Under the pieces are notes generated by a model. That model was not told the DNA's origin. It made no database searches and saw only the letters and a list, made by a program, of their open reading frames with translations. A program made the position numbers and the translations under genes. Positions 1 through 8,425 of a DNA stretch of 64,000 nucleotides are shown piece by piece. The DNA comes from Candidatus Binatia bacterium (GTDB lineage Bacteria > Desulfobacterota > Binatia > Bin18). How positions within the stretch are numbered: position 1 is the stretch's first letter; each line of letters starts with the position of its first letter. The DNA is taken from the NCBI GenBank assembly GCA_963666315.2, contig CAXXHG010000041.1, positions 27,625 through 91,624 on the forward strand, read 5' to 3'.

Positions 1-2
1 GG

Positions 3-1025
3 GCTGAGCGGGTCGCGATTGCCGCCGAGGTGCGCAAAGCGTGGACGTGTACCCTGTGCACGGACCGCAAAGCGGCGCTGTCGCCCTCAGCAGTCACCGG
101 TGAGCACGATACCCACGGTGTCCTTCCGTCCGCCGTAGTCGAAATGATCCACCGCATCACCACCGATCCGGGCCGGCTGAGTAAGGACTGGTATGAGCGG
201 CTCTTAGCCGAGGGTGTAGAGGATACCCATTATGTCGAGGCGCTGGGGGTCGTCGTGCGCACGGTCAGTATCGATTCGTTTTGTCGCGGCCTGGGTGTTC
301 CCCTACATCCATTACCGACACCAATCCCAGGCGAACCGTCCCGTCGGCGGCCGCCGCAGGCCCACATGGAGGCTTCCTGGGTGCCGATGATTCCCAGCGG
401 GCAAGAAACCGGCCCCGATGCTGATATCTACTGGGGCCAGCCTGCTCCAAATGTCATCCGGGCAATGAGTCTGGTCCCAGACGAAGTGCGCGCCAGTATC
501 CATACTCTTATAGTGACGCACTACATGGAATTCGCCCAAGCCATGGATCCGACGACTAACGGCGGACGGGCTATTAGCCGCGCCCAAATCGAACTCTTGG
601 CGTCGCGCGTCTCCGCACTCAATCAGTGCTTCTATTGAACGGCTGCCCATGTGATGCAGCTCCGGGGGAGCAGCCCAACAAGTGAAATTGATCTACATGC
701 AGCCGTGAATGCTAACACAGAGAACGGCGTCCCTCACGGCGCCCTGCTGAATACGTTTGCCGAAGCCGTACTAGGCACGGATGACGTGCAGCTCGACACG
801 GTCCGAAACGCTATCGTCACAGAACTCGGCCCAGCCGCACTGGTCGATGCCGCCGCCGTGATCGGTGGATTTATGCAGATGGACCGCATCGCCGATGCTG
901 CCGGAGTTCCGCTGGATGACTTTGTGGTCGAGGCCACGAATGATGTCCGTGAAGACCTCGGCCTCCACAATTTTGCTTCCGCGCGGAATACGCTAGGGGT
1001 CGCCGGAACTCCGGGAACTCTTTGA
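3..1025 (+). CDS. AhpD/alkylhydroperoxidase-related selenoprotein, copy 1 (5' end outside window; Sec at UGA 636-638)
   Basis: ORFs 30..638 and 651..1025 are in one frame, joined by TGC TTC TAT TGA ACG GCT GCC CAT = C-F-Y-U-T-A-A-H. This is an AhpD-like CxxC..H motif after SRAQIELLASRVSALN. A hairpin follows the UGA. Confidence 0.85.
659..671 (+). promoter_or_regulatory. putative bacterial SECIS hairpin
   Basis: GCTCC-GGG-GGAGC; loop starts 25 nt after the UGA. Confidence 0.65.
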
Positions 1026-1124
1026 TGACGTCGAGGTGTTCCGGCCAGAAGGGTTTCGCAGTGTGAGTAATCGCGCGGCGACTTTTTATATCGGCGTAGG
1101 GCCGACAGAAAGGGAGGGAGTATC

Positions 1125-2255
1125 ATGACCACTATCTCGTATGCCAGCGCTAGCACCCCAGTGCGGGCCGATCTTGTCGAGGCGCACCAACAGTTGTGGC
1201 AAAAACTGGCTGAGCCGGGCGCCTGGTGGACGGGGGCCGAGCGGGTGGCGATTGCCGCGGAGGTGCGTAAAGCCTGGACATGCACCCTGTGCACGGACCG
1301 CAAAGCGGCGCTGTCGCCCTCTGCAGTCACCGGTGAGCACGATAATACCCACGGTGTTCTTCCGTCCGCCGTAGTCGAAATGATCCACCGCGTCACCACC
1401 GATCCGGGCCGGCTGAGTAAAGACTGGTATGAGCGGCTCGTCGCCGATGGTGTAGAGGACACTCATTATATCGAGGCACTCGGCGTTGTCGTCCGGACGG
1501 TCAGTGTCGATTCGTTTTGTCGGGGCGTGGGCATTCTCCCACATCCATTACCGACACCAATCCCAGGCGAACCGTCCCATCGGCGGCCACCACAGGCCCA
1601 CATGGATGTCTCCTGGGTGCCCATGATTACTAGTGGTCAGGAAACCGGCCCCGAGGCCGATCTGTACTGGGGCCAGCCCGCCCCAAATGTCCTGCGGTCA
1701 ATGAGTCTGGTCCCGGATGAGGTGCGTGCAAGTATGCATATTCTTATGGGGGCGCATTACATGGGACTCGCCCAGGCTATGGATCCGACGAGCAACGGAG
1801 GACGGGCCATCAGCAGAGCCCAGATCGAACTCTTAGCGTCGCGCGTCTCCGCGCTCAATGAGTGCTTCTATTGAACAACCTTCCATGGCATGCTGCTCCG
1901 GGGGAGCAGCCCAACAGGTGAGATTGATCTGGATGCAGCCGTGAATGCGAGCACGGAGAACGGCGTCCCTCACGGCGCCCTGCTGAATACGTTTGCCGAA
2001 GCCGTGCTAGGCACGGACGACAAGAAGCTCGACACGGCTCGCAACGCCATCGTCGACGCCCTTGGCCCGGCAGCGCTGGTCGATGCCTCGGCTGTTATTG
2101 CGGCATTTATGCAAATGGACCGGATGGCCGATGCCACCGGAGTTCCGTTGGATGACTTTGTGGTCGAGGCCACGAATGATTTCCGTGAAGACATCGGCCT
2201 CCACGCCTTTGACTCAGCACGGAATACGGTGGGGGACGCGGCAACTCTTCGTTGA
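1125..2255 (+). CDS. AhpD/alkylhydroperoxidase-related selenoprotein, copy 2 (376 aa, Sec250 at UGA 1872-1874)
   Basis: GGAGG RBS and ATG 1125. ORFs 1125..1874 and 1890..2255 are in frame across C-F-Y-U-T-T-F-H. N-terminal CTLC motif. Close paralog of copy 1. Confidence 0.88.
1892..1910 (+). promoter_or_regulatory. putative bacterial SECIS hairpin
   Basis: perfect 8-bp stem GCTGCTCC-GGG-GGAGCAGC; loop 25 nt after the UGA. Confidence 0.75.
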
Positions 2256-2319
2256 TGCAAGGTGTTCGGCTTCGAATTACATCCGCAGATCTTTTTTTAA
2301 TGAGGGGAGTAACACCAGT

Positions 2320-3372
2320 ATGGATTTAGGGATTTTATTCATCGCCGATACCACCGTCCATCAACAGGCAACCCTCGCCCAGCAGGCTGAGAGCAGCGGA
2401 TTCGCTTCGCTGTACATGGCCGAGGCCTACCGCAGCTGTTGGGTCCCGTTGACGGCTATGGCCGCCGCGACGAGTACAATCCGGCTCGGCCCCTACATCC
2501 TCAATGCGTACGGCCACAGTCCATTGATGACGGGTATGGCGGCGGTCGACTTCAACGAATTTAGCGGCGGGCGCCTGTTACTCGGTATCGGCGCCGGGAA
2601 TCGCCAGATCAATGAACAGTGGCATGGGGTCCCTCACGAGCGTGCGCTCACAAAGATGCGCGAATATGTGACCCTGCTGAAACTAATCGCACGCACACGC
2701 CGCGGTGAAACGCTTAAATATGCAGGCAAGATCCACCACATGGACTGGACCCCCACCGCCGATCCGGGCGACCAACCGTTTCCGGTCTATCTCGCCGCAG
2801 TCTTCCCGCGCATGACGCGCATAGCAGCGCAGGTCGCGGACGGGATTGCTGGGGGCGGAACCTTATCTGCAGAGTATTTGCGCGATGTGGTGAAGCCTCA
2901 GGCCGCCACCGCCGCCGCGGACGTTGACCGGGACCCGGCGACCATAGGCTGGAAGGCAGTGTCATTGATTGCAGTCAACCACGATCGTGAACGCGCCCGC
3001 CGCACCGCACGCGAAGCAATCTGTCATCTGTATGCGCCGCTGCCGCATCCCTATTACGAGTACACCATGCGTGAACAGGGATTCGGTGAGGCAGCCGACG
3101 CACTGTTAAAACTCATGCCGGCGGGCAAACTGGAGGCGGCTGTGGACGCTATCCCAGACGAGTGTGTCGACCGACTGACGATCGCGGGGACGCTTGAGGA
3201 CTGCCGGGAACGGATTGCTTCTTACGAGGGAGTGGTGGATGAACTCATACTCGCTAATGTGGCACCTGCAGCCGACGGTGACATGATGCGCGTCTATGCG
3301 CCACTGATGCAACTCGCCGGAGCGGCCTCTTTGGCGTCGGCGCCGCGCCCAGGGAACGGAACAAGCCCTTGA
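2320..3372 (+). CDS. LLM-class flavin/F420-dependent oxidoreductase (Mer-like)
   Basis: MDLGILF start after GGGGAG RBS; AEAY, IRLGP, SGGRLLLGIGAG and PVYLAA motifs. Confidence 0.85.
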   Translation: MDLGILFIADTTVHQQATLAQQAESSGFASLYMAEAYRSCWVPLTAMAAATSTIRLGPYILNAYGHSPLMTGMAAVDFNEFSGGRLLLGIGAGNRQINEQWHGVPHERALTKMREYVTLLKLIARTRRGETLKYAGKIHHMDWTPTADPGDQPFPVYLAAVFPRMTRIAAQVADGIAGGGTLSAEYLRDVVKPQAATAAADVDRDPATIGWKAVSLIAVNHDRERARRTAREAICHLYAPLPHPYYEYTMREQGFGEAADALLKLMPAGKLEAAVDAIPDECVDRLTIAGTLEDCRERIASYEGVVDELILANVAPAADGDMMRVYAPLMQLAGAASLASAPRPGNGTSP

Positions 3373-3561
3373 GTTTCTTTGCGGGCGGAAGATGCGTGCA
3401 GAACAGAAAAGCCCACGAGCCGAATTCGCTCGTGCTCGCACAAACGATCTTCGATGATCTTTGATGATCTTTATTGACACTCCGGAATTGACTTGGACAC
3501 TACTCGTTAAAAAAGGAATGCCTGGTAGGATGCTCCCATTCGTTCCAGAAAGGAGCTGTGT

Positions 3562-4723
3562 ATGCAAAACGGCAATGGCGCAATCACCACAGGGGCAATC
3601 GACGCGGATGGCCATGTTTTAGAGCCACCTGATTTATGGGAAACCTATTTAGAGCCCAAATATCGCGACCGGGCCCTACGGATTCGCACCAATAGGGATG
3701 CTGGAAATCCTTGAAATCGACGGCAAGCAATCCTGGACCGGTTATCCCGGTTTTCCCGGTCAGCTCGGTGGGATGGGCAAGGAGGACATCGATCCCCGGC
3801 CCGACCGAACATACTTGCGTGGCGCGCCGGCGGGTTCAATGGACCCCAAAGAACGGGTCGCCAGGTTAGATGAAGAAGGTTTGGCCAAGGCGATCTTATA
3901 TCCTACTCTGGGACTCTTCTTGGGTGAGATTAAAGATCCCGAACTGGCCACGGCCCACTGTCGCGCCTACAACCGCTGGATCCTTGATTTCTGCTCAGAG
4001 TCTGGTGGACGGCTAATCCCTATCGCCCAAGTCACACTGGACGACGATCCGCATAACGCGGCTGCGGAGTGAGAACGAGCAGTGAAAGACGGGGCCAAAG
4101 GAGGATTCTTTTTACCCTTTACTTGGAAAAAGCAGTCGCCCGGCCACCCACACTTCGATCCGTTGTGGGCGAAGGCCGAAGAACTCGGCGTTCCATTAGG
4201 CATCCATCCCACAGCCGATCCACCTGAACTCGATGTACATAAGAGGTTTTCCGAACTCGCGCAAGGTGATCAGTTCGACTTCACCTGGTATATGGACGTG
4301 CTCGTTTCCCAGGGCATGGTTCAGTCGTTTGTATCGCTCTTTCACTATGGCCTGTTCGATCGTTTTCCTCAGGTTAAATTGGTCGTGCTGGAATCCCAAG
4401 CAGGTTGGACCGGCCATATTTTGGACCGGATGGATGCCGTCTGGCGTAGCCCCTTAGGCAAAACCACCCGCATGAAGGAATCGCCCAAAACGTATTTTAA
4501 TCGCCAGTGCTGGGTTTCTGCCGATCCGGATGAGCAGATGGCCTCGGCGGTGATTAACGCGGTGGGGAGCGATCGTTTCTTCTGGGCGTCGGATTTTCCG
4601 CATCCGGATCATATCAGCCATTACATGCAAGCCTTAGGCGATATGATCGCTCCGCTGTCGGAAGAATCACAACACCAGATTCTGTGGGAGAATGTGAGTA
4701 AGGCGTATAATTTGGGCGAGTAA
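3562..4723 (+). pseudogene. amidohydrolase_2 family, disrupted
   Basis: IDADGHVLEPPDLW from ATG 3562; frameshift near 3695; in-frame TGA at 4070 in AAE*ERAV; C-terminal WASDFPHPD. Confidence 0.8.
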
Positions 4724-4773
4724 AAAATGTACGCAGAAACACCTTACGGCGTAGAGCGCGCAGACGATCCAGA

Positions 4774-4826
4774 CCAGCAGCGCTGGTCGATGTAGCCACC
4801 GTTATTGCGGCATTTATGCAGATGGA
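4774..4826 (+). repeat. relic fragment of the AhpD-related gene
   Basis: encodes PAALVDVATVIAAFMQM; matches 2067-2119 (PAALVDASAVIAAFMQM) at DNA level. Confidence 0.75.
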
Positions 4827-4839
4827 AAGGAGGCAAGCC

Positions 4840-4977
4840 ATGGAATCCCAAGCCATCTCAGCTGACTTTCCGTATGCGGCCCACTTCGTGGACGTGCACG
4901 GCTCACAGATACACTACGTCGAAGCGGGAGCGGGAGATCCCATCTTATTTCTGCACGGCAATCCCATCTCGCCGTAG
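4840..4977 (+). pseudogene. haloalkane dehalogenase N-terminal fragment
   Basis: AGGAGG RBS, then MESQAISADFPYAAHFVDVHGSQIHYVEAGAGDPILFLHGNP followed by a stop. Confidence 0.75.
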
Positions 4978-5028
4978 TGGTATTGCGACAAACCAAAAAG
5001 ATTGAGAATTAGGGATTGGGGATAGACG

Positions 5029-6244
5029 ATGCACGACAACGACCAAGCCATGCGCGATTTTGCAGCGACCCTAGCGGTACCGGAATTCGAAGACACCGCT
5101 TTCACCACACCGCCGGCGCTCCGGGAGGCGCGCGTGGCAATCGTGACGAGCGCCGCGCTCAGCAGCAGCGGCTGGATCTCACAGTGGCAGGCCGAAAAGT
5201 GGGATTTCGCAGATTTCCACTTCGAGACTCTCCCGCACGACGTACGCGATCTGGAGCTCGGCCACGTGAGTCCGAACTTTGATCGCGCTGGCTTTGCCGC
5301 CGACCTGAACGTCGTTTACCCAGTCGACCGTCTGCAGGAACTGGCTGACCAGGGCGTGATCGGCAGTGTCGCGGCCTCCCATTACTCGTTCGCCGGCAAC
5401 CAACCCGAGGGGCTGTCCGCGCTGCGGCTGGATACCGGACCGGCCTGCGCCAAAAAGATGCTCGAGGACGGAGTCGACGTCGTTCTGCTCACCCCCGTCT
5501 GACCCCTGTGCCCGCGTACCGGGTGTACGCTCGCCCACGTCTTCGAGGCTGCTGGCCTGTCAACGGTCATAATCGCGTCGATACGCGACGTCGCCGAACG
5601 CATGCACCCACCGCGGGCGCTGTATGTGGAGTACCCGTTGGGGCTGCCCCTCGGAAAGCCGCGCGACGCCATGTTTCAGCACCGCGTACTCGAAGCGGCC
5701 TTTGCGCTGTTGGAGCAGCCCACGGGACCGGTCCTCGTGGACTTTCCGGAGACGATCCAAAGCAAGGGCGGTGAGCCGTTGGCGTGCGCCCTCCCCCCCC
5801 CCCCGCTACGACCCGAACTTGCACCCGGCCATCGACGAAGCACAGGCGCTGCGCGGTGCATATAATCGAGCCGTGGCGAAAAATGGGCGGACCAGCGTGG
5901 GACGGGCGATCACTGCGGAACAGATTCCTGGAGCCATTGAGAAGTTTGTTCAAATCACCGACGGCCAAGCCTGGGATCAGGTTGGGTTTAACGCCCCGCT
6001 GATGCAGGTGACGACTGATATCCGGGCGTACTACGAAGAGCTAGCTGTCGAGTTGGTGGACGGTGGTCCGATTGCGGCATGGGGCGCCGAGCGCTGGTTC
6101 TACGATAAGACCGAGGCGGGTAAGGTGTTGTTAGCGGCGCGCGAGGAGCTAAAGAAGGCCGGCGCACCGTTCCTGATCTGGTGGCATATGGCGCCGGGGT
6201 CGCGCCAGTCCGGTATGGAGCAAATGAAGAATGTCTCGGTGTGA
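5029..6244 (+). CDS. PrdB/GrdB-family (proline/glycine reductase selenoprotein B-like) selenoprotein with C-terminal extension; Sec158 at UGA 5500-5502; frameshift in C12 tract
   Basis: VAIVTSAAL, DLNVVYPVDRLQELADQGVIG, DGVDVVLLTPV-U-PLC, then EAAGLSTV..PPRALYVEYPLGLPLG in frame. The C-terminal domain continues in the +1 frame after poly-C 5793-5804. Confidence 0.82.
5514..5530 (+). promoter_or_regulatory. putative bacterial SECIS hairpin
   Basis: GCGTAC-CGGGT-GTACGC; GGG lies 18 nt after the UGA. Confidence 0.65.
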
Positions 6245-6379
6245 TACCCGTTCAAGAAATCAGACGAGCCAGCGATGCGCACCACTATAACGGCAACGAG
6301 GTCATCCTCAGGGGCGGAGTGGGGATAGATCATTCAAGCGAGTAATAAATAAACACAAGATCGAGAAGAAGGAGAAGAT

Positions 6380-7234
6380 ATGGCAGAAAACAGTACGTAT
6401 ACACCAGCGAAAGTTTGGCAGTGGAATAAAAAGAATGGCGGCCGGTTTGCCAACATCAACCGGCCCACGGCGGGCGCGACGCACGACAAAGAACTCCCGG
6501 TCGGCGAGCACGCCTTGCAGCTCTATTCTCTGGCCACGCCCAATGGCGTCAAGGTCACCGTCCTGCTGGAAGAGCTCCTCGAGCTCGGCATCAAAGAGGC
6601 CGAGTACGATGCCTACCTGATCGACATCGGCGAGGGGGATCAATTCGGCAGTGGCTTTGTGGCCATCAACCCCAATTCCAAAATCCCCGCGCTCCTTGAC
6701 CGTAGCACTACCCCACCCACCCGCGTCTTTGAGTCAGGTGCCATGCTCGTCTATCTGGCGGAAAAATTTGGCGCCTTCCTGCCGACCGAGCCTTCCGCTC
6801 GCGCGGAATGCATGTCGTGGTTGTTCTGGCAGATGGGCAGCGCGCCCTACCTCGGCGGCGGGTTTGGGCATTTTTATGCCTACGCCCCGGAAAAGTTCGA
6901 GTACCCTATTGATCGCTATACGATGGAGGTGAAACGCCTATTAGATGTGTTGGACCGCCATCTCAGCGAACAGCAGTATTTGTGTGGTGACGACTATACG
7001 ATCGCAGACATGGCCAACTACGCCTGGTATGGCATGTTAGTAGCACACAATGGCTATGAAGCCGCAGAGTTTCTTGACGTCGGAACGTATACGCATGTGC
7101 TCCGGTGGGTGAAGGAGATTGAAGCCAGGCCTGCCGTACAACGAGGCCGACGCGTGAACAAGTCCTGGGGACCAGAGGAAGAGCAGCTCATCGAGCGACA
7201 CAGCGCAAGCGATTTCGATGCGCCGACTGCCTAA
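6380..7234 (+). CDS. yghU: glutathione-dependent disulfide-bond oxidoreductase (GST Nu class)
   Basis: FANINRPTAGATHDKELPVGEHALQLYSLATPNGVKV, NPNSKIPAL, FESGA. Confidence 0.92.
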   Translation: MAENSTYTPAKVWQWNKKNGGRFANINRPTAGATHDKELPVGEHALQLYSLATPNGVKVTVLLEELLELGIKEAEYDAYLIDIGEGDQFGSGFVAINPNSKIPALLDRSTTPPTRVFESGAMLVYLAEKFGAFLPTEPSARAECMSWLFWQMGSAPYLGGGFGHFYAYAPEKFEYPIDRYTMEVKRLLDVLDRHLSEQQYLCGDDYTIADMANYAWYGMLVAHNGYEAAEFLDVGTYTHVLRWVKEIEARPAVQRGRRVNKSWGPEEEQLIERHSASDFDAPTA

Positions 7235-7255
7235 GAATTGGAAGGAAACAGTCAT

Positions 7256-7741
7256 ATGGCAGAAGAAAAAGCAGAGCTGGGTTGGGCAGATCTAATGAAA
7301 ATGGTCGCAGAAGTCGGTTCCGACAACGGCCCAGGCTCAAAAGCATGGAAGGCGGAAGGGTCGGAGACCAAGCGCGACAACAACGGCAAAGTACCCGGCG
7401 AACTCGCAGATATGCCGGCATTGATCATCACCACTACCGGCTCGAAGACGGGCGAAAAGCGCGCCGTGCCTTTGGGCTATCAGCTCGTGGACGGTCGGCT
7501 TCTGGTTATCGCGTCGATGGCCGGCGCAGAGAGAAACCCGCCGTGGTTCAACAATCTGGTTAAAACCTCTGAGGTCTTAGTTGAAAAAGATGGTGAAAGC
7601 TTTTCAGCCAATGCTGTCGTGACACAAGGCGACGATAGGAACTATTTGTTCCAGAAAATCTGCGCGAGCGAGCCCACGTTTGCGGCATATGAAGCGCGCA
7701 CAGATCGCGTCATTCCAGTCGTAGAGTTGCGGCGCAAATAG
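7256..7741 (+). CDS. deazaflavin (F420)-dependent nitroreductase family (Ddn-like)
   Basis: ITTTGSKTGEKRAVPL, IASMAGAERNPPWFNNL, YEARTDRVIPVVEL. Confidence 0.85.
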   Translation: MAEEKAELGWADLMKMVAEVGSDNGPGSKAWKAEGSETKRDNNGKVPGELADMPALIITTTGSKTGEKRAVPLGYQLVDGRLLVIASMAGAERNPPWFNNLVKTSEVLVEKDGESFSANAVVTQGDDRNYLFQKICASEPTFAAYEARTDRVIPVVELRRK

Positions 7742-7796
7742 CAAGAAGTCTGTCCGATCGCAGTAAAGTGTACATTGTATTGCCACTGTTCCCCCC

Positions 7797-7898
7797 CCCT
7801 TCGACCCTGCTCAGGGCAGGCTTCGACAGGCTCAGGGCGAATGGGAAGAGCGGCGCTGGCCCAGGCCCGTTCGTGCTGAGCTCGTCGAAGCATGAACG
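7797..7898. repeat. REP-like palindromic element (CTTCGACAGGCTCAGGGCGAA family)
   Basis: paired inverted units; a related copy is at 26712-26744. Confidence 0.7.
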
Positions 7899-7952
7899 CG
7901 TACTGGTGTTCAATGAGGAAGCCAGCCCGTTTGTTAAGAGGGAGGGGCGGGC

Positions 7953-8420
7953 ATGGAACGAATGACTCCTGAAGAATGTCGAAGTTTCCTGCGCAGTCCG
8001 GTGCGGACCGGAAAGCTGGCCACCGTGCGGAAGGATGGCCGGCCCCTTATCGTGCCCGTGTGGTATGACCTTGAGGAGGAGACGCTCGTCTTTATGACTG
8101 GGCGGGACTCGGCCAAGGCAAGGAATATGCGCCGCGATCCCCGTGTCAGTGTGTGCGTAGATGATGAGGTGACACCATTCGCGTATGTCGAACTCGCGGG
8201 CACAGTCGTCCTGTCCAACGATGCAGACCAAATGCGCTATTGGGCAACGCGGATTGGCGGGCGCTATATGGGGCAGGAGTTAGCCGAGACCTACGGGAAA
8301 ATAAACAGCGGTGCAGGAGAACTGATCGTGCACGTCACGCCGACGCATCTGCATGGCTATAAAGATCTGACAGGTCGGTACCCACAGCCAGCGCAGCTGC
8401 AAGGGAGGGATGTCGTGTGA
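7953..8420 (+). CDS. PPOX-class F420-dependent oxidoreductase
   Basis: TGKLATVRKDGRPLIVPVWY, KARNMRRDPRVSVCVDD. Confidence 0.85.
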   Translation: MERMTPEECRSFLRSPVRTGKLATVRKDGRPLIVPVWYDLEEETLVFMTGRDSAKARNMRRDPRVSVCVDDEVTPFAYVELAGTVVLSNDADQMRYWATRIGGRYMGQELAETYGKINSGAGELIVHVTPTHLHGYKDLTGRYPQPAQLQGRDVV

Positions 8421-8425
8421 CTCAC

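Noticed and set aside
2062-2319. N-terminal extension of the LLM ORF
   Set aside because: Overlaps the selenoprotein gene; the RBS and family start fit ATG 2320
3446-3472. Three 10-bp phased repeats GATCTTyGAT
   Set aside because: Too short to assign a regulatory role without comparative data
4070-4072. In-frame TGA in the amidohydrolase as a fifth Sec codon
   Set aside because: Context AAE*ERAV is a helix position (probably Leu), with no Cys motif and no clear hairpin, and the gene is also frameshifted; best read as a nonsense mutation
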